Origin: Eledone cirrhosa
Lineage: Eukaryota
Reading direction: 5' to 3'
DNA: 64,000 bases
NCBI GenBank assembly: GCA_964016885.1
Contig: CAXHJY010000941.1
Span: forward strand, 1 to 64,000
Every line of letters starts with the position of its first letter. Position 1 is the stretch's first letter. The notes below the pieces were generated by a model. That model searched no databases, had not been told where the DNA came from, and saw nothing but the letters and a program-made list of their open reading frames with translations. Both the position numbers and the translations under genes were made by a program. Below, in pieces: positions 1 to 18,000 of the stretch.

Positions 1-2767
<2,767 letters not shown>

Positions 2768-3606
2768 TAAATATGTAAATACTTGTCTATTTCAATGAAT
2801 CATTCACTAATGACTTTCACTTGCCTCGAAAGAATGTCTAAAAGAAGAAAAAACAAATATAATTGTTTCATCTGTTCCTAACTCCATCACTCATGTATCC
2901 TTTCATTACTTTACTGATATCTATAGGACATTATATTATAATCTCAAGCAAGTATTTAATGAAAAGAGTCATTTTCTAATATTTGGGAGTCAATATTTGC
3001 CAGCCCTTTACTATTGTAGAGTTATCAATCATTATTATCAATGGCTTTACCTTCTTTACAGGCAACGGTGTGTTGTCCTATGATTTAGCAATAAAATATA
3101 TATATGAATGACGTTATCAAATATAATCAGGAAAGTTAGCTACAGTGGCATTGATATATAATATGACTTAATCATAAATGAATCGGGGGGGGGGGGGGGG
3201 GAGCCCCTTACCACTACCAAAAAACAAAACAAAGAAAAACTAGTATGAATCGGCTGCAGAAATTGTCAGTGTGTTGACAGAGATCATACTTGTAAAATGT
3301 TTTGTGGCCTGTAGGTATTTCTAGTATAGCCTGTTATAAATTTGAAAATAATGTTTCCCCTTTCTCTTTCTTCCTTTATTCTTTTCTTCCCCCTCTCTTT
3401 TTCTTCCTTTATTTTTTTCTTTCTTGAGGAAATCATCTGTGGTTAGACCTAGAGAGGTCTTTACTCTGCTGGGTTCAAAACTCTACCAAGAGATGGCGGC
3501 ACAAGAAAGGAAAATTATGATGTAAACTTGATTAAATCACTTAAATCCTATCCTATAACTTTGTGGCTTTGTTCCAGTATAACAAATCATTATTCTTACA
3601 GATAAA

Positions 3607-3827
3607 TGCAGTGGCTTAGCTGTATTGGGAGAGTGTCCAACAATGTTTTATGGCATATATTTATGACCTTTTACATTCTAAGTTGAAATCCTGCAGGAGT
3701 CAACTTTACTTTTAATCCTTCTGGGGTCAATAAAATAAAATACCAGTCAATTAATGGGGTCAATTTAATTGACTTTCCTCCTTACCTTCAAATTGCTGGA
3801 CTTGTGCTAAAAGTAGAAACCATTATT
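3607..3827 (+). mobile_element. tRNA-derived SINE, decayed copy, with flanking duplication
   Basis: B-box-like GTTGAAATCC and body motif gtcaactttacttttaatcc...ggggtcaataaaat shared with other copies in the window. CATTATTCTTACAGATAAA occurs at 3588-3606 and 3821-3839 (TSD-like). Confidence 0.8.
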
Positions 3828-4249
3828 CTTACAGATAAAAGATATGCCAACCAACTGAGATTGAGTCTATACCATTTCACTACATTTATTTTCTTAATAT
3901 TAAAAAAAACCCATTAACATCACAGCTTAACATTTTCACTTTCTTACAAATCTGATTATTGTTTGTTACAGTCTTAGATTTGACTGCTTTGATTTGACTC
4001 CATTAATTCACCCCATATCTTCTTCTGTCAGAGATACCTTCTAATAATAGTATATGACACTTTTCCCTCCTTCATAATGCTTCTTCCACTTCCACATGTT
4101 AACTCTCTATAGATCAGCCTGAACACCTCAATATTTCAATTAAGGCTATTCTTTTCTAAAATATAAAATCTTTGTACCTTCTCAAAAAGAAACCAATATT
4201 CTTATCATCAAACAAATACAATATCCATATTATCACAGAGAGAGAGAGC

Positions 4250-4282
<33 letters not shown>

Positions 4283-4554
4283 TATGTGTGTGAGAGAGAG
4301 ATTTCAAATTGATGCAATAATGAATGCTAGCTAAATGCTTTCCAAAATTTAGTTTAAAACTGTAGTTTCTAGTTCAAATCTTGAGACCTATTGATGGTCG
4401 TGTTGGTAGGGTATTGAACTACCAGTCATAGGGTCAGCAATTTGTGTATCACTGGTACTATTCTGTTTTTCTGGTCAAGACATTTATCTCACAGTGTTCA
4501 AGTCCACTTAGCTAACATGGAGCTTTCATTTTATAGATGTTAAGGATTTTTTAT

Positions 4555-4710
4555 AGGCAGCGAATTGGCAATCATTAGAATGTCAGATAGAATGCTTTAT
4601 GGTATTTGTTCCAGCTCTCTTCTCTTTTAGTTCAAATCCCACCGAGGTCAACTTTGCCTTTCATCCTTCAAGATCGATAAAAAAAAGTACTAGTCTAGTA
4701 ATGGGGTCGC
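4555..4710 (+). mobile_element. Same SINE family, 3'-truncated copy
   Basis: GTTCAAATCCcaccgaggtcaactttgcctttcatcc...gataaaaaaaagtact matches the 27805 and 39785 copies. Confidence 0.8.
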
Positions 4711-5443
4711 TTCTTCTTCTATGTCTCATTCTCATTTCTTCTCTTTTACTTTCTATCTTTCTCTGGAAGAAATCTGCTGTACTCAGGCCTGGAGAGGGAT
4801 GGGCTCCACCAGGCTGAAAAATGCCCAAGAAACGCTGTATGTCAATATAGAGCCCCTACAGCTCTATCAGGAGTTACGAGACCATACATACATAGAAGGT
4901 GTTTTCTAAAGGTAACTTCTCCTCCAGACTGAACAGGTCTAGTAATTAGTTTGAAAACTTGTCTGAACCAGTAATTCAATGTGATCAAACCAACCAATCC
5001 TACTCATTCCATTAAAAATGTTGGCCTTATGTCAAGTCAAAACAAAATTGTTATCAGTGAACATCAGGCAGAAAATCAGTATCATTCAATGATATGCCAA
5101 CATATTGAATACATGAATTACATATATCTATAAAAAAAAAATCAGTTTCAAAACTGAACATAACCATGTGATATCCTGGTTTCCAATAATCAATATTTCT
5201 TGGCAGATTGTTTTCATAGGATATTGATAATGTAGAATAAATTGCACTGTAGTGTTATATTAGTTTTCTTAAATCGGAACACATGGTTGCAGTACTGTAC
5301 TATACTATAGCAAATGTACCATGTTATAATGTTCTTATAAAATATATTATTATACACTATAATGTAATACTGCACTTACAAAGTATAATACTGTATTTTA
5401 ATGTTATATTAGTTTTCTCAAGCTGAAATACAGAGGTGCAGGC

Positions 5444-5521
5444 TAGTACTGTTCTGTACTATGTTGTACTGTACTATGTTGTACTGTACTATGTTGTACT
5501 GTACTATGTTGTACTGTACTG
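5444..5521. repeat. 15-bp tandem repeat (GTACTGTACTATGTT)n
   Basis: About 5 visible copies; translates as repeated STVQH on the minus strand. Confidence 0.9.
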
Positions 5522-6067
5522 ATAGTGTGACATTGTAATATGTTACTGTATTGTGCTATCTTAGTGTACTTTAGAGTACAGCTGTACTGGGCTAGTATTA
5601 CAATAAAACTAGAAAATATTTGTCTGCAGTATTTTAATACTGTCATCATCATTGTTATTGTCATTGCCCCCTCCCCCACGACTATAATTATCATCACTGC
5701 TTAACATCTATTTTTCATGCTTGCATTGGCTAAACAGGCTGACAAATACTGTGGCTTGTCTGGTCTTGCCCATATGTTCCGTTTTTGCATTGGTTTCTAT
5801 GACCTTCCCAACACTTACTACAATACAGCATGTACTAGGTGCATTTTGTTGTGACTCCAGCATAACCACTGTACAGGGTGAACTGACTGGGTGCGTTATC
5901 TCATAACAGCAGAATTGCCACCTTACATATTATATTTCTTCCTTATTCTTTCTTATTCACACATATGCATCTGCACACACACACACATTTTTTTTTAGTT
6001 TATTTTCTATCTTTGAGATTCTATTACTAAAGCTTTCATCTTTGGTTATCACTTCCAAGTACTTTAC

Positions 6068-9000
6068 ATTGCTATCTCTCTCCTATTGCTATCTCTCTCC
6101 TATTGCTATCTCTCTCCTATTGCTATCTCTCCCATTGCTGTGTCTCTATCCCATTGCTATCTCTCTCCTATTGCTATCTCTCTCACATTGCTGTCTCTCT
6201 CACCTATTGCTGTATCTCTCACCTATTGCTGTCTCTCTCCTATTGCTCTCTCTCTCTCCTATTGTTGTTGCTCTCTCCTATTGCTGTCTCTCTCTCCTAT
6301 TGCTGTCCCTCTCTCCTATTGCTGCCTGTCTCTCCTATTGCTATCTCTCTCTCCTATTGGTATCTCTCTCTCCTATTGCTATTTCTCTCTCCTATTGCTA
6401 TCTCTCTCTTCTATTGCTATCTCTCTCTTCTATTGCTATCTCTCTCTTCTATTGCTATCTCTCTCTTCTATTGCTATCTCTCTCTTCTATTGCTGTTTCT
6501 CTCTCCTATTGCTATCTCTCTCTCCTATTGCTGTCTCTCTCTCCTATTGCTATCTCTCTCTCCTAATGCTATCTCTCTCTTCTATTGCTATCTCTCTCTT
6601 CTATTGCTATCTCTCTCTCCTATTGCTGTCTCTCCCTCCTATTGCTGTCTCTCTCTTCTATTGCTGTCTCTCTCTTCTATTGCTGTCTCTCTCTTCTATT
6701 GCTGTTTCTCTCTCCTATTGCTGTCTCTCTCTCCTATTGCTATCTCTCTCTCCTATTACTGTCTCTCTCCTATTACTGTCTCTCTCCTATTGCTGTCTCT
6801 CTCCTATTGCTGTCTCTCTCCTATTGCTAACTCTCTCCTATTGCTAACTCTCTCCTATTGCTAACTCTCCTATTGCTAACTCTCCTATTGCTAACACTCT
6901 CCTATTGTTAACACTCTCCTATTGCTATCTCTTTCCTATTACTATCTCTCTCTTATTGCTGTGTCTCTCTCTCCTATTGCTATCTCTCTCTCCTATTGCT
7001 ATCTCTCTCTTCTATTGGTATCTCTCTCTTCTATTGCTATCTCCCTCTCCTATTGCTGTTTCTCTATCCTATTGCTGTTTCTCTATCCTATTGCAGTTTC
7101 TCTCTCCTATTGCTATCTCTCTCTCCTATTGCTATCTCTCTCTCCTATTGCTATCTCTCTCTTATTGTTGTCTCTCTCTCCTATTGCTATCTCTCTCTCC
7201 TATTGCTATCTCTCTCTTCTATTGCTATCTCCCTCTGCTATTGCTGTTTCTCTATCCTATTGCTGTTTCTTTCTACTATTGCTATCTCTCTCCTGTTGCT
7301 ATCTCTCTCCTGTTGCTATCTCTCTCTTATTGCTATCTCTCTCTTATTGCTATCCCTCTCCTATTGCTATCTCTCTCCTATTGCCGTCTCCTTTCATATT
7401 GCCGCCTCCTGTCCTATTGCCGTCTCCTCTCCTATTGCCGTCTCCTCTCCTATTGCTGCCTGTCTCTCCTATTGCTGCCTGTCTCTCCTATTGCTATCTC
7501 TCTCCTATTGCTATCTCTCTCCTATTGCTGTCTCTCTCCTTATTGCTATCTCTCTCCTATTGCTGTCTCTCTCTCCTATTGCTGTCTCTCTCTCCTATTG
7601 CTGTCTCTCTCTCCTATTGCTATCTCTCTCTTATTGCTGTCTCTCTTTTATTGCTGTCTCTCTCCTATTGCTGTCCCTCCCATTGCTGTCTCTCTCTCCT
7701 ATTGCTGTCTCCCTTTCCTTTTTGGTATCTCTCTCTCTTATTACTGTCTCTCTCTCTCCTACTGCTGTCTCTCTCTCCTATTGCTATCTCCCTCCTATTG
7801 CTGTCATTCTCTCTTATTGCAGTCCCTCTCTCCTATTGCTGTCTCTCTGCTATTGCTATCTCTCTCCTATTGCTATCTCTCTCTCCTATTGCTGTCTCTC
7901 CTATTGCTGTCTCTCTCTGCTATTTCTGTCTCTCTCCTATTGCTGTCTCTCTCTCCTATTGCTGTCTCGGTCTCCTATTGCTGTCTCTCTCTCCTATTGT
8001 TGTCGCTCTCTCCTATTGTTGTCGCTCTCTCCTATTGCGGTCTCTCTCTCCTATTGCTATCTCTCTCCTATTGCTATCTCTCTCCTATTGCTATCTCTCT
8101 CCTATTGCTATCTCTCTCCTATTGCTGTCTCTTTCTCCTATTGCTGCCTCTCCTATTGCTGTCTCTCTCTCCTATTGCTGTCTCTCTCTCTCCTATTGCT
8201 GTCTCTCTCTCTCCTATTGCTATCTCTCACTTCTATTGCTATCTCTCTCCTATTGCTATCTCTCTCCTATTGCTATCTCTCTCCTATTTCTATCCCTCTC
8301 CTATTGCTATCTCTCTCCTATTGCCGTCTCCTCTCCTATTGCCGTCTCCTCTCCTATTGCTGCCTGTCTCTCCTATTGCTGCCTCTCTCTCCTATTGCTA
8401 TCTCTCTCCTACTGCTGTCTCTCTCTCCTATTGCTATCTCCCTCCTATTGCTGTCATTCTCTCTTATTGCGGTCCCTCTCTCCTATTGCTGTCTCTCTGC
8501 TATTGCTATCTCTCTCCTATTGCTATCTCTCTCTCCTATTGCTGTCTCTCCTATTGCTGTCTCTCTCTCCTATTGCTGTCTCTCTCTGCTATTTCTGTCT
8601 CTCTCTCCTATTGCTGTCTCTCTCTCCTATTGCTGTCTCTCTCTCCTATTGCTGTCTCGGTCTCCTATTGCTGTCTCGGTCTCCTATTGTTGTCGCTCTC
8701 TCCTATTGTCGCTCTCTCCTATTGCGGTCTCTCTCTCCTATTGCTGCCTGGTTCTCCTATTGCTATCTCTCTCCTATTGCTATCTCTCTCCTATTGCTGT
8801 CTCTTTCTCCTATTGCTGTCTCTCTCTCCTATTGCTGTCTCTCTCTCCTATTGCTGTCTCTCTCTCTCCTATTGCTATCTCTCTCTTCTATTGCTATCTC
8901 TCTCTGCTATTGCTGTTTCTCTATCCTATTGCTGTTTATTCTCCTATTGCTATCTCTCTCCTATTGCTATCTCTCTCCTATTTCTATCCCTCTCCTATTT

Positions 9001-12000
9001 CTATCCCTCTCCTATTGCTATCTCTCTCCTATTGCTGTCTCCTGTCCTATTGCCGTCTCCTCTCCTATTGCCGTCTCCTCTCCTATTGCCGTCTCCTCTC
9101 CTATTGCTGCCTGTCTCTCCTATTGCTGCCTCTCTCTCCTATTGCTATCTCTCTCCTATTGCTGTCTCTCTCCTATTGCTGTCTCTCTCTCCTATTGCTG
9201 TCTCTCTCTCCTATTGCTATCTCTCTCTTATTGCTGTCTCTCTCTTATTGCTGTCTCTCTTTTATTGCTGTCTCTCTCCTATTGCTGTCCCTCTCTCCTA
9301 TTGCTGTCTCTCTCTGCTATTGCTGTCTCTCTCTGCTATTGCTGTCTCTCTCTCCTATTTCTGACTCTCTCTCCTATTGCTGTCTCGGTCTCCTATTGCT
9401 GTCTCGGTCTCCTATTGCTGTCTCTCTCTCCTATTGTTGTCGCTCACTCCTATTGTTGTCACTCTCTCCTATTGCTGTCCCTCTCTCTTATTGCTGCCTG
9501 TCTCTCCTATTGCTATCTCTCTCATATTGCTATCTCTCTGCTGTTTCTATATCTCTCCTATTGATGTCTCTCTCATATTGCTGTCTCTCTCTCCTATTGC
9601 TCTCTCTCCTATTGCTGTCTCTCTCTCTCCTATTGCTGTCTCTCTCTCTTCTATTGCTATCTCTCTCTTCTATTGCTATCTCCCTCTCCTATTGTGGTTT
9701 CTCTCTCCTATTGTTTTTCTCTCTCCTATTGATGTTTCTCTATCCTATTGCTATCTCTCTCATATTGCTATCTGTCTCCTATTGCCGTCTCTCTCCTATT
9801 GCTGTCTCCTCTCCTATTGCTGCCTGTCTCTCCTATTGCTATCTCTCTCCTATTGCTGTCTCTCTCCTATTGCTGTCTCTCTCCTATTGCTGTTTCTCTC
9901 CTATTGGTGTTTCTCACCTATTGCTGTCTCTCTCTCCTATTGCTGTCTCTCTCTCCTATTGCTGTCTCTCTCTCCTATTGCTGTCTCTCTCTGCCATCGC
10001 TGTCTCTCTCTCTCCTATTGCTGTCTCTCTCTCCTATTGCTGTCTCTCTCTCCTATTGCTGTCTCTCTCTCCTATTGCTATCTCTCTTTTATTGCTGTCG
10101 CTCTCTTATTGCTGTCTCGCTTTTATTGCTGTCTCTCTCCTGTTGCTGTCTCTCTCTCCTATTGCTGTCTCCCTTTCCTTTTCGCTATCTCTCTTTTATT
10201 GCTGTCTCTCTATCCCATTGCTATCTCTCTCCTATTGCTGTCTCTCTCTCCTATTGCTATCTCTCTCCTATTGCTATCTCTCTCTTATTGCTGTCTCTCT
10301 CCTATTGCTGTCTCTCTCTCCTATTGCCGTCTCCTCTCCTATTGCCGTCTCCTCTCCTATTGCCGTCTCCTCTCCTATTGCCGTCTCCTCTCCTATTGCT
10401 GCCTGTCTCTCCTATTGCTGCCTCTCTCTCCTATTGCTATCTCTCTCCTACTGCTGTCTCTCTCTCCTATTGCTATCTCCCTCCTATTGCTGTCATTCTC
10501 TCTTATTGCGGTCCCTCTCTCCTATTGCTGTCTCTCTGCTATTGCTATCTCTCTCCTATTGCTATCTCTCTCTCCTATTGCTGTCTCTCCTATTGCTGTC
10601 TCTCTCTCCTATTACTGTCTCTCTCTCCTATTGCTGTCTCTCTCTGCTATTTCTGTCTCTCTCTCCTATTGCTGTCTCTCTCTCCTATTGCTGTCTCTCT
10701 CTCCTATTGCTGTCTCGGTCTCCTATTGCTGTCTCTCTCTCCTATTGTTGTCGCTCTCTCCTATTGTTGTCGCTCTCTCCTATTGCGGTCTCTCTCTCCT
10801 ATTGCTGCCTGTCTCTCCTATTGCTATCTCTCTCCTATTGCTATCTCTCTCCTATTGCTGTCTCTTTCTCCTATTGCTGTCTCTCTCTCCTATTGCTGTC
10901 TCTCTCTCCTATTGCTGTCTCTCTCTCTCCTATTGCTGTCTCTCTCTCTCCTATTGCTATCTCTCTCTTCTATTGCTATCTCTCTCTGCTATTGCTGTTT
11001 CTCTATCCTATTGCTGTTTATTCTCCTATTGCTATCTCTCTCCTATTGCTATCTCTCTCCTATTTCTATCCCTCTCCTATTGCTATCTCTCTCCTATTGC
11101 TGTCTCCTCTCCTATTGCCGTCTCCTCTCCTATTGCCGTCTCCTCTCCTATTGCTGCCTGTCTCTCCTATTGCTGCCTCTCTCTCCTATTGCTATCTCCC
11201 TCCTATTGCTGTCTCTCTCCTATTGCTGTCTCTCTCTCCTATTGCTGTCTCTCTCTCCTATTGCTATCTCTCTCTTATTGCTGTCTCTCTCTTATTGCTG
11301 TCTCTCTTTTATTGCTGTCTCTCTCCTATTGCTGTCCCTCTCTCCTATTGCTGTCTATATCTGCTATTGCTGTCTCTCTCTCCTATTTCTGACTCTCTCT
11401 CCTATTGCTGTCTCGGTCTCCTATTGCTGTCTCGGTCTCCTATTGCTGTCTCTCTCTCCTATTGTTGTCGCTCACTCCTATTGTTGTCACTCTCTCCTAT
11501 TGCTGTCCCTCTCTCTTATTGCTGCCTGTCTCTCCTATTGCTATCTCTCTCATATTGCTATCTCTCTGCTGTTTCTATATCTCTCCTATTGCTGTCTCTC
11601 TCATATTGCTGTCTCTCTCTCCTATTGCTCTCTCTCCTATTGCTGTCTCTCTCTCTCCTATTGCTGTCTCTCTCTCTTCTATTGCTATCTCTCTCTTCTA
11701 TTGCTATCTCTCTCTTCTATTGCTATCTCCCTCTCCTATTGTGGTTTCTCTCTCCTATTGTTTTTCTCTCTCCTATTGATGTTTCTCTATCCTATTGCTA
11801 TCTCTCTCATATTGCTATCTCTCTCCTATTGCCGTCTCTCTCCTATTGCTGTCTCCTCTCCTATTGCTGCCTGTCTCTCCTATTGCTATCTCTCTCCTAT
11901 TGCTGTCTCTCTCTCCTATTGCTGCCTGGTTCTCCTATTGCTATCTCTCTCCTATTGCTATCTCTCTCCTATTGCTGTCTCTTTCTCCTATTGCTGTCTC

Positions 12001-15000
12001 TCTCTCCTATTGCTGTCTCTCTCTCCTATTGCTGTCTCTCTCTCTCCTATTGCTATCTCTCTCTTCTATTGCTATCTCTCTCTGCTATTGCTGTTTCTCT
12101 ATCCTATTGCTGTTTATTCTCCTATTGCTATCTCTCTCCTATTGCTATCTCTCTCCTATTTCTATCCCTCTCCTATTTCTATCCCTCTCCTATTGCTATC
12201 TCTCTCCTATTGCTGTCTCCTGTCCTATTGCCGTCTCCTCTCCTATTGCCGTCTCCTCTCCTATTGCTGTCTCCTCTCCTATTGCTGCCTGTCTCTCCTA
12301 TTGCTGCCTCTCTCTCCTATTGCTATCTCTCTCCTATTGCTGTCTCTCTCCTATTGCTGTCTCTCTCTCCTATTGCTGTCTCTCTCTCCTATTGCTATCT
12401 CTCTCTTATTGCTGTCTCTCTCTTATTGCTGTCTCTCTTTTATTGCTGTCTCTCTCCTATTGCTGTCCCTCTCTCCTATTGCTGTCTCTCTCTGCTATTG
12501 CTGTCTCTCTCTCCTATTTCTGACTCTCTCTCCTATTGCTGTCTCGGTCTCCTATTGCTGTCTCGGTCTCCTATTGCTGTCTCTCTCTCCTATTGTTGTC
12601 GCTCACTCCTATTGTTGTCACTCTCTCCTATTGCTGTCCCTCTCTCTTATTGCTGCCTGTCTCTCCTATTGCTATCTCTCTCATATTGCTATCTCTCTGC
12701 TGTTTCTATATCTCTCCTATTGCTGTCTCTCTCATATTGCTGTCTCTCTCTCCTATTGCTCTCTCTCCTATTGCTGTCTCTCTCTCTCCTATTGCTGTCT
12801 CTCTCTCTTCTATTGCTATCTCTCTCTTCTATTGCTATCTCCCTCTCCTATTGTGGTTTCTCTCTCCTATTGTTTTTCTCTCTCCTATTGATGTTTCTCT
12901 ATCCTATTGCTATCTCTCTCATATTGCTATCTCTCTCCTATTGCCGTCTCTCTCCTATTGCTGTCTCCTCTCCTATTGCTGCCTGTCTCTCCTATTGCTA
13001 TCTCTCTCCTATTGCTGTCTCTCTCCTATTGCTGTCTCTCTCCTATTGCTGTTTCTCTCCTATTGGTGTTTCTCACCTATTGCTGTCTCTCTCTCCTATT
13101 GCTGTCTCTCTCTCCTATTGCTGTCTCTCTCTCCTATTGCTGTCTCTCTCTGCCATCGCTGTCTCTCACTCTCCTATTGCTGTCTCTCTCTCCTATTGCT
13201 GTCTCTCTCTCCTATTGCTGTCTCTCTCTCCTATTGCTATCTCTCTTTTATTGCTGTCGCTCTCTTATTGCTGTCTCGCCTTTATTGCTGTCTCTCTCCT
13301 GTTGCTGTCTCTCTCTCCTATTGCTGTCTCCCTTTCCTTTTCGCTATCTCTCTTTTATTGCTGTCTCTCTATCCCATTGCTATCTCTCTCCTATTGCTGT
13401 CTCTCTCTCCTATTGCTATCTCTCTCCTATTGCTATCTCTCTCTTATTGCTGTCTCTCTCCTATTGCTGTCTCTCTCTCCTATTGCCGTCTCCTCTCCTA
13501 TTGCCGTCTCCTCTCCTATTGCCGTCTCCTCTCCTATTGCTGCCTGTCTCTCCTATTGCTGCCTCTCTCTCCTATTGCTATCTCTGTCCTACTGCTGTCT
13601 CTCTCTCCTATTGCTATCTCCCTCCTATTGCTGTCATTCTCTCTTATTGCGGTCCCTCTCTCCTATTGCTGTCTCTCTGCTATTGCTATCTCTCTCCTAT
13701 TGCTATCTCTCTCTCCTATTGCTGTCTCTCCTATTGCTGTCTCTCTCTCCTATTACTGTCTCTCTCTCCTATTGCTGTCTCTCTCTGCTATTTCTGTCTC
13801 TCTCTCCTATTGCTGTCTCTCTCTCCTATTGCTGTCTCTCTCTCCTATTGCTGTCTCGGTCTCCTATTGCTGTCTCTCTCTCCTATTGTTGTCGCTCTCT
13901 CCTATTGTTGTCGCTCTCTCCTATTGCGGTCTCTCTCTCCTATTGCTGCCTGTCTCTCCTATTGCTATCTCTCTCCTATTGCTATCTCTCTCCTATTGCT
14001 GTCTCTTTCTCCTATTGCTGTCTCTCTCTCCTATTGCTGTCTCTCTCTCCTATTGCTGTCTCTCTCTCTCCTATTGCTGTCTCTCTCTCTCCTATTGCTA
14101 TCTCTCTCTTCTATTGCTATCTCTCTCTGCTATTGCTGTTTCTCTATCCTATTGCTGTTTATTCTCCTATTGCTATCTCTCTCCTATTGCTATCTCTCTC
14201 CTATTTCTATCCCTCTCCTATTGCTATCTCTCTCCTATTGCTGTCTCCTCTCCTATTGCCGTCTCCTCTCCTATTGCCGTCTCCTCTCCTATTGCTGCCT
14301 GTCTCTCCTATTGCTGCCTCTCTCTCCTATTGCTATCTCTCTCCTATTGCTGTCTCTCTCCTATTGCTGTCTCTCTCTCCTATTGCTGTCTCTCTCTCCT
14401 ATTGCTATCTCTCTCTTATTGCTGTCTCTCTCTTATTGCTGTCTCTCTTTTATTGCTGTCTCTCTCCTATTGCTGTCCCTCTCTCCTATTGCTGTCTCTC
14501 TCTGCTATTGCTGTCTCTCTCTCCTATTTCTGACTCTCTCTCCTATTGCTGTCTCGGTCTCCTATTGCTGTCTCGGTCTCCTATTGCTGTCTCTCTCTCC
14601 TATTGTTGTCGCTCACTCCTATTGTTGTCACTCTCTCCTATTGCTGTCCCTCTCTCTTATTGCTGCCTGTCTCTCCTATTGCTATCTCTCTCATATTGCT
14701 ATCTCTCTGCTGTTTCTATATCTCTCCTATTGCTGTCTCTCTCATATTGCTGTCTCTCTCTCCTATTGCTCTCTCTCCTATTGCTGTCTCTCTCTCTCCT
14801 ATTGCTGTCTCTCTCTCTTCTATTGCTATCTCTCTCTTCTATTGCTATCTCTCTCTTCTATTGCTATCTCCCTCTCCTATTGTGGTTTCTCTCTCCTATT
14901 GTTTTTCTCTCTCCTATTGATGTTTCTCTATCCTATTGCTATCTCTCTCATATTGCTATCTCTCTCCTATTGCCGTCTCTCTCCTATTGCTGTCTCCTCT

Positions 15001-18000
15001 CCTATTGTTGCCTGTCTCTCCTATTGCTGCCTGTCTCTCCTATTGCTATCTCTCTCCTATTGCTGTCTCTCTCCTATTGCTGTCTCTCTCCTATTGCTGT
15101 TTCTCTCCTATTGGTGTTTCTCACCTATTGCTGTCTCTCTCTCCTATTGCTGTCTCTCTCTCCTATTCCTGTCTCTCTCTCCTATTGCTATCTCTCTCTC
15201 CTATTGCTGTCTCTGTCTGCCATCGCTGTCTCTCTCTCTCCTATTGCTGTCTCTCTCTCCTATTGCTGTCTCTCTCTCCTATTGCTGTCTCTCTCTCCTA
15301 TTACTATCTCTCTTTTATTGCTGTCGCTCTCTTATTGCTGTCTCGCTTTTATTGCTGTCTCTCTCCTGTTGCTGTCTCTCTCTCCTATTGCTGTCTCCCT
15401 TTCCTTTTCGCTATCTCTCTTTTATTGCTGTCTCTCTCTCCTATTGCTGTCTCTCTCTCCTATTGCTATCTCTCTCCTATTGCTATCTCTCTCTTATTGC
15501 TGTCTCTCTCCTATTGCTGTCTCTCTCTCCTATTGCCGTCTCCTCTCCTATTGCCGTCTCCTCTCCTATTGCCGTCTCCTCTCCTATTGCTGCCTGTCTC
15601 TCCTATTGCTGCCTCTCTCTCCTATTGCTATCTCTCTCCTACTGCTGTCTCTCTCTCCTATTGCTATCTCCCTCCTATTGCTGTCATTCTCTCTTATTGC
15701 GGTCCCTCTCTCCTATTGCTGTCCCTCTGCTATTGCTATCTCTCTCCTATTGCTATCTCTCTCTCCTATTGCTGTCTCTCCTATTGCTGTCTCTCTCTCC
15801 TATTACTGTCTCTCTCTCCTATTGCTGTCTCTCTCTGCTATTTCTGTCTCTCTCTCCTATTGCTGTCTCTCTCTCCTATTGCTGTCTCTCTCTCCTATTG
15901 CTGTCTCGGTCTCCTATTGCTGTCTCTCTCTCCTACTGTTGTCGCTCTCTCCTATTGTTGTCGCTCTCTCCTATTGCGGTCTCTCTCTCCTATTGCTGCC
16001 TGTCTCTCCTATTGCTATCTCTCTCCTATTGCTATCTCTCTCCTATTGCTGTCTCTTTCTCCTATTGCTGTCTCTCTCTCCTATTGCTGTCTCTCTCTCC
16101 TATTGCTGTCTCTCTCTCTCCTATTGCTGTCTCTCTCTCTCCTATTGCTATCTCTCTCTTCTATTGCTATCTCTCTCTGCTATTGCTGTTTCTCTATCCT
16201 ATTGCTGTTTATTCTCCTATTGCTATCTCTCTCCTATTGCTATCTCTCTCCTATTTCTATCCCTCTCCTATTGCTGTCTCCTCTCCTATTGCCGTCTCCT
16301 CTCCTATTGCCGTCTCCTCTCCTATTGCTGCCTGTCTCTCCTATTGCTGCCTCTCTCTCCTATTGCTATCTCTCTCCTATTGCTGTCTCTCTCCTATTGC
16401 TGTCTCTCTCTCCTATTGCTGTCTCTCTCTCCTATTGCTATCTCTCTCTTATTGCTGTCTCTCTCTTATTGCTGTCTCTCTTTTATTGCTGTCTCTCTCC
16501 TATTGCTGTCCCTCTCTCCTATTGCTGTCTCTCTCTGCTATTGCTGTCTCTCTCTCCTATTTCTGACTCTCTCTCCTATTGCTGTCTCGGTCTCCTATTG
16601 CTGTCTCGGTCTCCTATTGCTGTCTCTCTCTCCTATTGTTGTCGCTCACTCCTATTGTTGTCACTCTCTCCTATTGCTGTCCCTCTCTCCTATTGCTGCC
16701 TGTCTCTCCTATTGCTATCTCTCTGCTGTTTCTATATCTCTCCTATTGCTGTCTCTCTCATATTGCTGTCTCTCTCTCCTATTGCTGTCTCTCTCTCTCC
16801 TATTGCTGTCTCTCTCTCTTCTATTGCTATCTCTCTCTTCTATTGCTATCTCTCTCTTCTATTGCTATCTCCCTCTCCTATTGTGGTTTCTCTCTCCTAT
16901 TGTTTTTCTCTCTCCTATTGATGTTTCTCTATCCTATTGCTATCTCTCTCATATTGCTATCTCTCTCCTATTGCCGTCTCTCTCCTATTGCTGTCTCCTC
17001 TACTATTGCAGTCTTTCTCCCCTATTGCTGCCTGTCTCTCCTATTGCTATCTCTCTCCTATTGCTGTCTCTCTCCTATTGCTGTCTCTCTCCTATTGCTG
17101 TTTCTCTCCTATTGGTGTTTCTCACCTATTGCTGTCTCTCTCTCCTATTGCTGTCTCTCTCTCCTATTGCTGTCTCTCTCTCCTATTGCTGTCTCTCTCT
17201 GCCATCGCTGTCTCTCTCTCTCCTATTGCTGTCTCTCTCTCCTATTGCTGTCTCTCTCTCCTATTGCTGTCTCTCTCTCCTATTGCTATCTCTCTTTTAT
17301 TGCTGTCGCTCTCTTATTGCTGTCTCGCTTTTATTGCTGTCTCTCTCCTGTTGCTGTCTCTCTCTCCTATTGCTGTCTCCCTTTCCTTTTCGCTATCTCT
17401 CTTTTATTGCTGTCTCTCTATCCCATTGCTATCTCTCTCCTATTGCTGTCTCTCTCTCCTATTGCTGTCTCTCTCTCCTATTGCTATCTCTCTCCTATTG
17501 CTGTCTCTCTCCTATTGCTGTCTCTCTCTCCTATTGCTGTCTCTCTCTCCTATTGCTGTCTCTCTCTCCTATTGCTATCTCTCTTTTATTGCTGTCGCTC
17601 TCTTATTGCTGTCTCGCTTTTATTGCTGTCTCTCTCCTGTTGCTGTCTCTCTCTCCTATTGCTGTCTCCCTTTCCTTTTCGCTATCTCTCTTTTATTGCT
17701 GTCTCTCTGTCCCATTGCTATCTCTCTCCTATTGCTGTCTCTCTCTCCTATTGCTGTCTCTCTCTCCTATTGCTATCTCTCTCCTATTGCTGTCTCTCTC
17801 CTATTGCTGTCTCTCTCTCCTATTGCTGTCTCTCTCTCCTATTGCTGTCTCTCTCTCCTATTGCTGTCTCTCTCTCCTAATGCTATCTCTCTCTCATAAT
17901 GCTATCTCTCTCTCCTATTGCTGTTTCTCTCTCCTATTGCTGTTTCTCTCTGCTGTTGCTGTCTCTCTCTCCTATTGCTATCTCTCTCCTATTGCTATCT